Source: Candidatus Daviesbacteria bacterium
Lineage (GTDB): Bacteria > Patescibacteriota > Microgenomatia > Daviesbacterales > UBA10151
Length of the DNA stretch: 64,000 nt
Assembly (NCBI GenBank): GCA_030648435.1
Contig: JAUSHE010000008.1
Location: forward strand, 3,449-67,448
Direction of reading: 5' to 3'
Shown one piece after another: positions 1-8,400 of the stretch. Numbering within the stretch: position 1 is the stretch's first letter; every line of letters starts with the position of its first letter. The notes beneath the pieces were generated by a model. It did no database searches. It saw only the letters and a list, made by a program, of their open reading frames with translations, and was not told where the DNA came from. The translations under genes and the position numbers were made by a program.

Positions 1-101
1 CGAAGTGCCTGCAAAAGCCCCATGAAGTAATTGCCATCATCACTTCTTATATTAGATAATGCTTCTCCTAATAAAAATTTTCTTCTCGACTCAGGCCGCA
101 T
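1..101 (-). CDS. Hypothetical protein, 5' portion only (ORF runs off the window start)
   Basis: ATG at 99-101 (minus strand) begins MRPESRRKFLLGEALSNIRSDDGNYFMGLLQAL... and stays open to the window edge. No recognisable motif. Confidence 0.25.
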   Translation of the reverse strand, partial: MRPESRRKFLLGEALSNIRSDDGNYFMGLLQAL

Positions 102-165
102 TCGCTTTAACCGCTCTTGACGAGATGCCACATGCTTTGCCAATAACTCAGGGCCTACGTCACTT

Positions 166-1662
166 TCACCCATAAACTCCGCTTCTCCTTAAGACCATTC
201 TTTTTTCCACCTGATGGAGTAAATCATGGACAGAGTGGAACTCGAATCGTTCAACTACCACTCCCATCACTCCTTTTTCCACTAAATATTCCAGCACTTT
301 CGGATAAAGCGTAAGTGACCCACAGGCAATGAATGGAACTTTAGACTTATGCAGCAATTTAATGCCATCTTCCAAAAACTTTAGTAATCCATCTACCTCC
401 TGCTTATAAAAAGCCAGCTCTCCTTCCTCCGTATCAAAACCGTTTAAATAAGCTACAAGCTCATTTAAGTTTAAAACCACCCCGTCAACCCCTGCTACCA
501 AATAATCATCCAGATTTACAATATTTTCCGGTAAGGCAACTTCCATCCAAATTTGTAGCGATTTTTTCCTGGAGAATTTTTTTACTGCCAGTTCCCTCTT
601 CATTTGCAAAAGTTCATTTACTCCCCTAACAAACGGAACCACTATTTGGATATTAGTGAGATTCTTTTTATGACGGGCAAAATCCAAAACCGCCGCTAAG
701 GGTTCAAACAGGCTTTTCTGATGAAGTAATCTTAGAGCTCCGCGAACTTTACCCATTCCTTCTGATTTATCTGCCAGTTTAAAAAGAATAGGGGAATCGG
801 GAAAAGTTTCTGCAGACTCAACCAGCTTTAACACCACTTCATCAAAAGATTCATTAGGTTTGTTTAGGTCAAAAATTTTTCCTGAATCTATATATGCTCC
901 ATCAATCTCTTTTTCAGCAACGACACCCTCAGTTAGATCATAAAATACTTTAATTACGCTCCTAGCTTTGCAAGGGGACGCCTTACAGCTCGATACTATA
1001 GGAACAGATACTGGATTTAAAAAGGGTGTATAGGGCTTTATGCCGGCTAATTTCACTTCCCCATCAATGATCCATTCATATTCATGAGGGATAAAAAGTT
1101 TCTTATTGGCTAATAAAACTATGTCAGAAATCTTTTTGGAATTGCTTGGATGTAATTTTCCCGTTTTTATTCTAATTTCGACATCATCCTGCAGCGGATC
1201 AAAAAAAGCACTGCCACAACTCTCCACTTTTTTAATGAAGATAACTATTTGCGGTTCCAGGTTCTCCGTAATTCCGGGAGCAAAGCCATTATTCCACAAT
1301 CTGCCTTTAATCTGATCTAACCAAACAGCCAGCAGAGCAGACCAGAGATTTTTAACTGACTTAATTTTTTCTCCGCTCAGAAAAAATTCTTTATGCTTGC
1401 CTGCTTCTGTTTCCAAAATTGATGGCGTTGGAATAGAGTAAATTTCTTTTTTCACCAAAGTCAGGGATTGCTCGAAGATTTCCTTTTTACCAAAATCATA
1501 ATGTTCCAGAATAGATTTTAATTTAAAATTGGGTGCTGTTACAACAATTCCGCTGCCAACGGCAAACCCGACCCTTTGCAGCTTTGCCAAACCAACACTT
1601 AAACCGCCAAAAATCCTGCTGTCTTCATCTATTAATAATCTAATCGGCAGTATTTCAATCAT
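166..1662 (-). CDS. PEP/pyruvate-binding (PPDK_N-like) domain protein of the PEP-utilising enzyme family
   Basis: N-terminal IFGGLSVGLAKLQRVGFAVGSGIVVTAPNF resembles the GGK...G.PVP.GF.iT motif of pyruvate phosphate dikinase / PEP synthase nucleotide-binding domains. 498-aa ORF. Carries an in-frame REP insertion (..SSCKASPCKARS..). Confidence 0.5.
   Translation of the reverse strand: MIEILPIRLLIDEDSRIFGGLSVGLAKLQRVGFAVGSGIVVTAPNFKLKSILEHYDFGKKEIFEQSLTLVKKEIYSIPTPSILETEAGKHKEFFLSGEKIKSVKNLWSALLAVWLDQIKGRLWNNGFAPGITENLEPQIVIFIKKVESCGSAFFDPLQDDVEIRIKTGKLHPSNSKKISDIVLLANKKLFIPHEYEWIIDGEVKLAGIKPYTPFLNPVSVPIVSSCKASPCKARSVIKVFYDLTEGVVAEKEIDGAYIDSGKIFDLNKPNESFDEVVLKLVESAETFPDSPILFKLADKSEGMGKVRGALRLLHQKSLFEPLAAVLDFARHKKNLTNIQIVVPFVRGVNELLQMKRELAVKKFSRKKSLQIWMEVALPENIVNLDDYLVAGVDGVVLNLNELVAYLNGFDTEEGELAFYKQEVDGLLKFLEDGIKLLHKSKVPFIACGSLTLYPKVLEYLVEKGVMGVVVERFEFHSVHDLLHQVEKRMVLRRSGVYG
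966..990. repeat. REP-like palindromic element copy 1 (TTGCAAGGGGACGCCTTACAGC), in-frame inside a CDS
   Basis: Sequence identity to the copies at 18599, 19139, 19346, 24874 and 32489. Imperfect 9-bp inverted arms around a GGGGACGCC core. Confidence 0.8.
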
Positions 1663-2141
1663 TCTACTTTCACGCTGTCCCCTGCTTTGATATTTAATTT
1701 TTGTGCCGTTCCGGCGTTAACTTCCAAAACCTTATTTGCATCCTCTTTTGCCTGATAAATTGGTAAGGACGCATCTTTTTGTCCCGCAGCCGGAGGCCCT
1801 ACATTTTCCGTGATATCCACAACTGCGTCTTTGTTAATCCAGATTAGGTCAAGTGCCAGTTTCATACCTTTCATCCAGAAAGGATGTTTGCCGCTAGCTT
1901 CAAAAATAAACAGCATCCCCTCATCCGAAGCCAGGGATTCCCTACCACCTAAACCTTTTTTTCTTTTTGAATCAGTATCCGCAATTTCAATTTTAAACCG
2001 GTTGCCACTGATAACGATTTGCTTACCTGGACTACTTGCAGGAATAAACGAGAGGCTATTTAAGGCACCTGTCTTAAACAAATAAAGTGCAACCCCGATT
2101 ACGGCCAGTAAAGCAAGTACCTGAAAGGTGAATTTCTTCAT
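1659..2141 (-). CDS. DUF192 family protein (secreted / membrane-anchored)
   Basis: N-terminal TM helix. MLFIFEASGKHPFWMKGMKLALDLIWI matches the conserved DUF192 (COG1430) core. Confidence 0.55.
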   Translation of the reverse strand: MKKFTFQVLALLAVIGVALYLFKTGALNSLSFIPASSPGKQIVISGNRFKIEIADTDSKRKKGLGGRESLASDEGMLFIFEASGKHPFWMKGMKLALDLIWINKDAVVDITENVGPPAAGQKDASLPIYQAKEDANKVLEVNAGTAQKLNIKAGDSVKVE

Positions 2142-2160
2142 ACAATTTCAGTGTACCATA

Positions 2161-2766
2161 TCAATTGCAGTCCCCCCAAAGGCCCCGTTTAAACTGTTTT
2201 GCTTCATTCTCTGCCTGTCTTAACTGCTCATTATATTTAACATCAGGAGGATAAGTTAAAACTCTGGCAAACCCTTCTCTGACCAGATAATCATTCACAA
2301 AAAGTATCTGACCGTCAGGAAGAGGCAGGAAAATTAAGCGCAACAGCCGGTCGTATTTATCTTTATCAGATATATCTTTCTGCAAAATAATCTCTTTATT
2401 GGTCAATAATGATTTTACCTCGTTTGAGGCTTCCTTTCCAAAACAGCCAACCGGACGGCGCGGGTCAACAGTTTCAGGAGTATCTATCCCTATAAAACGC
2501 ACTGATAAATTTCCCTGCACTTCAATTGTATCTCCGTCTACAACTTTTGTAACCAAAACCCGTTCACCTGCTAAACCAACTACAGCAGAAGTTGTGGCAA
2601 TCGGAGATGACTGATATTGTATTTGCGGATCCGACTTCAGCCCAAACCACAACAGGGAAAAACCCGTGATGATAATTAAAAAACCGGCTGTAACTAATAA
2701 TTTAGTATTAGACCACATTCTAATTTGCAAAATTTTGAGTAAACATCTTACCGTAAACCCCACCAT
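2161..2766 (-). CDS. Membrane-anchored thermonuclease (staphylococcal nuclease / SNase homolog)
   Basis: N-terminal TM helix. VVDGDTIEVQ...RFIGIDTPET...YDRLL...GLW are SNase-fold signature segments. Confidence 0.75.
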   Translation of the reverse strand: MVGFTVRCLLKILQIRMWSNTKLLVTAGFLIIITGFSLLWFGLKSDPQIQYQSSPIATTSAVVGLAGERVLVTKVVDGDTIEVQGNLSVRFIGIDTPETVDPRRPVGCFGKEASNEVKSLLTNKEIILQKDISDKDKYDRLLRLIFLPLPDGQILFVNDYLVREGFARVLTYPPDVKYNEQLRQAENEAKQFKRGLWGDCN

Positions 2767-3682
2767 CCATCACGCCTATCCCAACTTTTGCATAATCAGT
2801 TGAAAGTATATTTGCCCTGTGGCCTTCAGAGTTCATCAAACCCCGCTCAGCTAACTCTACACTGGGGGTATATGCCAAATTTTCACCTATCACCAAAAAG
2901 TCAATTCCTACCCTCAAAGCCCTGTCAGCTACAGTTTGATTTTCAGGTGAATAATGGGAAAAATAGCCTCTTTCAAACATATCCTTACTATGAGCCCTGG
3001 CAATACCCCGGAGCTTCGTATCAAAAACCAGCACCTTAAATCCCCTGCCAATCCTTTCCTTATTCACCATCTCCAGCATTTTGTCTTCCGAAGCGCTATC
3101 TACCAATAGTTGATTAGTTTGGAAACCCAGGTTGACTTTTTCATCTGTTTTGGGTTCTATAGTCAGGAAGGTTAAGGAATCATTAGCTACCCCTCCAAAA
3201 ACCTGCTTAACCGGAGATTCCAATCCATATGCAATTTTTAATATTTGGCTACCAATCCTGGAATCCAAAACATTTTTTTTAATAGTGGGCTGAATAGGGA
3301 AAGTTGCTACCATCACTAAAATTAAGGCAATAAAAACCAAACTCCGGAGAAGTGCCGGCACTAGAGCTAAAACTTTTGATCCCAGAATCCTAAATCTTGG
3401 GATCCTTGGCAGGATAAGCCTAACCAGAAAATAAAAAGCGGTTTCAGTTACAAACCAAACAGTCATAAAACCTAAAACCAAAGTTAAACCGTGCGGAATA
3501 TGAAACTGGCTTTCAAAGAATTTGGCAGGAAAATTGTAGTAGCTAAAAGATAGTAGGCCTGCTAAAAGGAAGCTCAAAAAATCAACAAGTTCCAGGATAA
3601 ATGACCTAGCTAACGATTCAATGACAAAAAGCAAAAGTACTCCTATAATGACAAGGTCTACCCAGTTTAGGCCGAAAAGCAT
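2720..3682 (-). CDS. CvpA-like membrane domain fused to a CAP/SCP (PR-1-like, YkwD-type) domain protein; start trimmed to Met41
   Basis: The ORF-track N-terminus (MSRLGIEPRTKRLKVSCSTAELPALG) is the antisense translation of tRNA-Lys. The plausible start is MLFGLNWVDLVIIG (CvpA-like TM helices). C-terminal GHRANIL...YAKVGIGV is CAP-domain-like. Confidence 0.55.
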   Translation of the reverse strand: MLFGLNWVDLVIIGVLLLFVIESLARSFILELVDFLSFLLAGLLSFSYYNFPAKFFESQFHIPHGLTLVLGFMTVWFVTETAFYFLVRLILPRIPRFRILGSKVLALVPALLRSLVFIALILVMVATFPIQPTIKKNVLDSRIGSQILKIAYGLESPVKQVFGGVANDSLTFLTIEPKTDEKVNLGFQTNQLLVDSASEDKMLEMVNKERIGRGFKVLVFDTKLRGIARAHSKDMFERGYFSHYSPENQTVADRALRVGIDFLVIGENLAYTPSVELAERGLMNSEGHRANILSTDYAKVGIGVMDGGVYGKMFTQNFAN

Positions 3683-3729
3683 AGATAAATCATAGCAAAT
3701 CCAGCTTAAATTTAGTACAATACATCCGA

Positions 3730-3802
<73 letters not shown>

Positions 3803-3926
3803 CCAATGATATCTGTGTTTTTAGAGGCTATTAGCCTCGAAAAATTGTTAAAAACTCCTCAAAAATAATCCTATAACCTAGAACCCCAACGAGATTCGAA
3901 CTCTTGATTAGCTTATCATATCAACA

Positions 3927-4091
3927 TTATTTGTTTTCCAAATCCATCTCGTCAATATCCTTATCCCAATCTCCTCCGTAAAAATGCTGCATTAATCCAC
4001 AACATAATTCATAAACAAACACCTGTATTTTCTTCAAATCTTCATCAGATAAATCAGGATAGTATTTTCTTATAGTATCTAAGGGTAACAT
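3927..4091 (-). CDS. Small ORF (54 aa), paralog of 7434..7526, strong SD
   Basis: AGGAGGTGATGATTGAAG-ATG. Product MLPLDTIRKYYPDLSDEDLKK... The first 21 aa are near-identical to the second copy, with a ~70% identical ~100-bp DNA repeat. Confidence 0.4.
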   Translation of the reverse strand: MLPLDTIRKYYPDLSDEDLKKIQVFVYELCCGLMQHFYGGDWDKDIDEMDLENK

Positions 4092-4354
4092 CTTCAATCA
4101 TCACCTCCTATTCACAACAGGAATAATTCTATAAGGTAAGTCAATGATTAGTTGAAAAAAAGGAAGTAAAAAAACTTCAACAGCTTTTTGAAAAATTAGG
4201 CGTTAGAGAAGAGGAATGGAAAGATGCAACCAAAAACATCGCGGGCAGTTTTCTTGTCCCGAGCGAACCGACATAGTATCTTGATTTTTCAAAATATGGA
4301 TAATACTTACACCATGTTAAACCGTTAGAGATGCTTAATGCCCTGTTCATTTCC

Positions 4355-5140
4355 CTAGCTCCTTGTTCTTTTCGCTTCTCTTGTTCGAGCAAGAGTATCT
4401 GCCTTTTGGAATCTTTCTGTTTGCATAACTCCATCTTTTATTTTTTGGTTCTCTTTCATCAGATTTGAATGCTTTTCTGCAAAGTCTGGCATAACTTCAA
4501 TGCTTTTATAACTTTGGCTTACTTCATACCATAAACCCATAATTGCAAGAGTTGTGTTGGCCAACTGCCATAGAGCTGCTTTTTCCATGTAGTCATCTTC
4601 AAAGTCGAAGTACGATACTTGAATCTGAGCACCTTCTTTTGAAGACAGAAACTTATATCCTCTGTTAGTGTCAACTAGGTTTGAATGACTGGAAACCTGC
4701 ACAGGTTCCTTTATCTTCAGTATTGCCTTAGATGTAGCTGGGTAATTTTTACTTAACCATTTGTATCTCTTACTTTTGAGTTTTATTGTGGAGTCCATGA
4801 TCCCAAACTCGTCTGTTTTTGCAAACTTCTCCACATCAGGGAATGCAATAGAATAAGCGGCATCTGTTCCAGATTCAATTAACTGTCTTAAGTTGAGTGA
4901 TGATTGTGCGTGGTGAAGGCGTATTATAGAAAATAAAGTAAGTAGATAAAAATTGCGGACAGAATAATAGAATCTTAAAAATATATCTTGTGGAGCCTTG
5001 AATTCGGTAAAAAAGCTTTCGAGCAATTGGAAAACCATCAAGTTATGAGCAAAATTTCCTCCATATTTGTTAAGTGCATTTAATGTTTTGTTATGTTCGC
5101 CTTCTATAATCTCAGTTAAGGTTCCGCTATGTTTTTTCAT
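4355..5140 (-). CDS. Hypothetical protein (261 aa), last gene of a 4-gene island operon
   Basis: Long ORF contiguous with the upstream gene (5140/5141). No recognisable motif. Its 3' end overlaps an 85-aa ORF in another frame (4177..4434). Confidence 0.5.
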   Translation of the reverse strand: MKKHSGTLTEIIEGEHNKTLNALNKYGGNFAHNLMVFQLLESFFTEFKAPQDIFLRFYYSVRNFYLLTLFSIIRLHHAQSSLNLRQLIESGTDAAYSIAFPDVEKFAKTDEFGIMDSTIKLKSKRYKWLSKNYPATSKAILKIKEPVQVSSHSNLVDTNRGYKFLSSKEGAQIQVSYFDFEDDYMEKAALWQLANTTLAIMGLWYEVSQSYKSIEVMPDFAEKHSNLMKENQKIKDGVMQTERFQKADTLARTREAKRTRS

Positions 5141-5962
5141 TTATTTCACTTTTTTAATTTCCACTAAAAACTCAGCATATTCATCATAACCTTCGAGAAA
5201 TAGATCTAACTGTTCCTGATTCAATATTCTCTTGTTTACATAAGGCTTCTTTACAAGAGGGATGACGGAAGTGACTTCATAAATAGCATCCATATAATCT
5301 TCTAATTCCTTTTTCGAAAGTACTTTTTCTGTAGTGGGTTTAATCACCTTTTCATAAAAAATATCATCCAATTCATTTATTATTTTAACTCCGATATCTA
5401 AAACGTTATTTATACTTGCTTCACTCGGGATGTCTCCGTGTACAACTCGGTTAAGTATTGAGGTTATTTCTAAGATCATATTCCGTACACGATTGTCTAT
5501 AACTCCAGTTGCAGCAAGTGTTTGTACCATTGTTCTCATGCTATGGGGATTTTTCTCTTCCGAGAAAGTAAAAAGTCTTTTAAGCCTAACTTCTATCTCG
5601 ATCCTTAGTTTCGCAAATGCTAAAACACCATCTCTTTCTGCAAGTTCGTGTAATTCATTAGCCAAAGTATCTGCTCTTTTTGAAGGTTTTTGATCAGAAT
5701 AGGCCTTCTCAGCTTTTTCTTTAAGCTCTTTTATACTTTTCTCTAGCTCAACTTCAAGATCGCCCCATTTTATTTTTTTAATCTGTGAAGCAAATGGTGT
5801 TAAAAGAACTAACACCATCAAAAGTATTGTTGTGTTGTCTATCAATACAAAAGATGCTTTAAATAAATGCAAAAATAAAATTAATGCGTTGAAGCAAAAA
5901 ATAACAGCAATTATTTTACCGCTCGTAATAGTATTTTCTAGCCAGTCTCTTAATTTTTTCAT
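5141..5962 (-). CDS. Hypothetical membrane protein (two N-terminal TM helices plus a charged/coiled cytoplasmic domain)
   Basis: Hydrophobic N-terminus IIAVIFCFNALILFLHLF...ILLMVLVLLTPF followed by KELKEKAEKAYSD. Operon member. Confidence 0.5.
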   Translation of the reverse strand: MKKLRDWLENTITSGKIIAVIFCFNALILFLHLFKASFVLIDNTTILLMVLVLLTPFASQIKKIKWGDLEVELEKSIKELKEKAEKAYSDQKPSKRADTLANELHELAERDGVLAFAKLRIEIEVRLKRLFTFSEEKNPHSMRTMVQTLAATGVIDNRVRNMILEITSILNRVVHGDIPSEASINNVLDIGVKIINELDDIFYEKVIKPTTEKVLSKKELEDYMDAIYEVTSVIPLVKKPYVNKRILNQEQLDLFLEGYDEYAEFLVEIKKVK

Positions 5963-5970
5963 TTTAGTTA

Positions 5971-6168
5971 TTATCTTTCCAATCTTTGACTCCTTTCGAT
6001 ATTTGGTCTACTTGGCATAAAAAGGTAGTAATATTGAGTGAAGTTTGGTTCAGGTTTGGGTTTGTTTAGCAAAGTATCTGCTATTTCTTCCGACATTAGA
6101 CCGTAGAATCCATAAGCTAACTGTTCTATTCTTTTTAATTCTGATTTTGATCTTGATAATTTATCCAT
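5971..6168 (-). CDS. Hypothetical small protein (65 aa)
   Basis: Tightly spaced (8-9 bp) between flanking same-strand genes. No motif. Confidence 0.35.
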   Translation of the reverse strand: MDKLSRSKSELKRIEQLAYGFYGLMSEEIADTLLNKPKPEPNFTQYYYLFMPSRPNIERSQRLER

Positions 6169-6177
6169 TGTCTAAAA

Positions 6178-6975
6178 TTAAAATATTAGTCTGTTGAATT
6201 GACTAAAATCACCCCAAAGAGAACATTTAAATTGAGTACCGTCAGAGATAAAAATATTCCTTTCTTTAAGTTTATCCTTAAAGAAGAAGTCGCTGAAAGT
6301 AAAAAAATCCAATACATTTTTAAGAATCATCTTTGTTTCTTTTTCGATTGTTTCGGGCTTAACCCAATTTTCCTTAACATCTCTCATTGCGAATATTTTA
6401 TCTTTTCGCATCTTAAAGCCTGCTTCAGTTACAGCTTTCACCGATACAACATGAGGAGTTTGTAAATGGTGAATAAAACTATGACGATCTGTATTTAGAA
6501 CTTCATACCAAGCCTTTTCTGTCTTTACTGATTTATACTTTTTTGTTAAACCATCGTGAATTTTATGCTTATTAAACCATCCACTTAAATCGTTAAAGAC
6601 GGGGCTTCGGTTTTTTTGGAAGGGTTCTTCGGATAGACCATAAAATAAAGGTACAAGAGTTGTAAATGAATCAAGCATAATCTGAGAGTAGATAATCAGA
6701 CTTTCCCAATCTAGATGAAGATTCATAAAAAGGCCATCCCCAGGTTTAGTTAAACGGTAAGAAATCGTTGATAAATAACCTAAGCAGGCTGAAATTCTTC
6801 CACTTGCGTCCTTGTGCTTTTGTTCAATAGGTAATTTAGATTCAGGAGTAATAATACTTATTCTTGAAAGAGCAAGGCGTCTATCTGCTAATTCTGTAAA
6901 TAAACCTGATATTGGTACTGCAATACCACTATCCGAATGGGGCAATAGTAATAAGTGCTTATATTTCTTTGCCAT
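6178..6975 (-). CDS. Hypothetical protein (265 aa), first gene of the island operon
   Basis: Long ORF. No recognisable motif. Confidence 0.5.
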   Translation of the reverse strand: MAKKYKHLLLLPHSDSGIAVPISGLFTELADRRLALSRISIITPESKLPIEQKHKDASGRISACLGYLSTISYRLTKPGDGLFMNLHLDWESLIIYSQIMLDSFTTLVPLFYGLSEEPFQKNRSPVFNDLSGWFNKHKIHDGLTKKYKSVKTEKAWYEVLNTDRHSFIHHLQTPHVVSVKAVTEAGFKMRKDKIFAMRDVKENWVKPETIEKETKMILKNVLDFFTFSDFFFKDKLKERNIFISDGTQFKCSLWGDFSQFNRLIF

Positions 6976-7034
6976 TTTTCCCCTCCATAATTGTTATTTC
7001 TTCCGGCGTGAGGCCGTAGAGTTTATAAATCATC

Positions 7035-7232
7035 TTATACCCCTGTAATTAGCCTAATAATATCTTCTCTCCGATATCGCCTTTCTCCGACCCCACGCTT
7101 ATTACCAATCCTAATAGCTTTTAATTTTCCGTTATTATCCCACCTTCTTAGTGTTGTAGGAACAACTCCTAGTATTTTGGCTACTTGGTTAATATTTAGA
7201 AGTCTTGGTAATCTTACCTTATTTTCTGCCAT
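7035..7232 (-). CDS. Excisionase/AlpA-family helix-turn-helix DNA-binding protein
   Basis: LNINQVAKILGVVPTTLRRWDNNGKLKAIRIG matches the Xis/MerR-type HTH_17 pattern (l..e.A..lgvs..T..rw...G.l.a.r.g). Confidence 0.65.
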   Translation of the reverse strand: MAENKVRLPRLLNINQVAKILGVVPTTLRRWDNNGKLKAIRIGNKRGVGERRYRREDIIRLITGV

Positions 7233-7433
7233 CTTAATTAAAAATAGTTATTGTACTTTATTATACAGAAAAAACCCGTATGTAACTATAATTAAAAAGA
7301 GGTAAACAATAAGGAAAAGTGGTTTAGTTTTTTATCGCAGGAGTTTTTGAGGCTAATTCTGGTTGTAACCACCAAATTAAATCTGGTAAAATATCCATAG
7401 ACAGAAAAGCTTCGCAGAAATTGCGAAGTCTGT

Positions 7434-7526
7434 TTAAGACACTAGGCGGATCACTGAATGGGATTTTTCCAAATCCTCGTCTGATAAATTAGGATAATAT
7501 TTCCTAATCACATCCAAGGGCAACAT
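7434..7526 (-). CDS. Small ORF (30 aa), truncated paralog of 3927..4091
   Basis: Same SD (AGGAGGTGATGATTTGAT-ATG). MLPLDVIRKYYPNLSDEDLEK then diverges to an early stop. Confidence 0.3.
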   Translation of the reverse strand: MLPLDVIRKYYPNLSDEDLEKSHSVIRLVS

Positions 7527-7596
7527 ATCAAATCATCACCTCCTAAGAATTGGTAACAAGAGTAACTGCAGAAGCTCAGAGGTTGTAGGATAATTT

Positions 7597-8394
7597 TTAG
7601 AGGACTACTGTAGTTTTTTCGTAAAGCATCGGCAAACAATCTTGTCGCATCCTAAATTTTGTTCCATGATTATGGCCGGTACGAGCGTCAAAATCGACAA
7701 GAATTTTTCCTTCCTCAAGGGCTTTCAAAAACCCATCAAAACTGAATTTTTGAAGCATCATAACTTTAGAATATTTGTAATACTCCTTCTTCCTTACTGT
7801 TTTTACTTCTGCCTGAACGTAAAAAGTATTTAATAGTTTTGTCCCTGCCTTATGTTCTAAATCATCAAAACCCCAATATGGTTGAGGACTAAGTTCGCCT
7901 ATCCCAACTCTTTTCTTAACTGTTTCTAACCATGCCTTGTGACGTATATCAACACTCCCTGCATCGAATGAAATTAAAATTTTCCGTTCTTTGCGGTCAA
8001 TTACCACCATAAAACCTCGATCGCTTCTTGATTGTCCGTGAATTGTTTGCCTAAAACTCATTTCCCCGAGTGTATATTTTTTACCATCTTCCTGATGGGA
8101 CCAACCGTATTTTGGCAAAAGCATTTGTGGTACAAATCGAATAGCCCGCGGAGAAGGTTCGATATGAAAAAGGGTTGTTAATGAAGATGAGTTAAGCCGT
8201 TGAGCTTTTAGTTCCCATTCAGCAGCATTAGGAATTGGTAAATTGTTTTCTTTGATGCCGAGTAAATCTTCTAATGTGTTCCCTATACCACCAGAGTTGC
8301 CTCGTCTAGCGTTCGGAACCCAGCCCATAGCAATAATTTCTTTGAGTTTATCAATTAATGCTTGTTTTGAATAAATAATCGGTTTATCTGCCAT
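7597..8394 (-). CDS. Type II restriction endonuclease, MvaI/BcnI-like (tentative)
   Basis: Adjacent to and co-oriented with the MTase. The N-terminus GWVPNARRGNSGGIGNTLEDLLGIKENNLPIPNAAEWELK resembles what I recall of the MvaI/BcnI family N-terminal region. The family call is from memory only. Confidence 0.5.
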   Translation of the reverse strand: MADKPIIYSKQALIDKLKEIIAMGWVPNARRGNSGGIGNTLEDLLGIKENNLPIPNAAEWELKAQRLNSSSLTTLFHIEPSPRAIRFVPQMLLPKYGWSHQEDGKKYTLGEMSFRQTIHGQSRSDRGFMVVIDRKERKILISFDAGSVDIRHKAWLETVKKRVGIGELSPQPYWGFDDLEHKAGTKLLNTFYVQAEVKTVRKKEYYKYSKVMMLQKFSFDGFLKALEEGKILVDFDARTGHNHGTKFRMRQDCLPMLYEKTTVVL

Positions 8395-8400
8395 TGCTGT

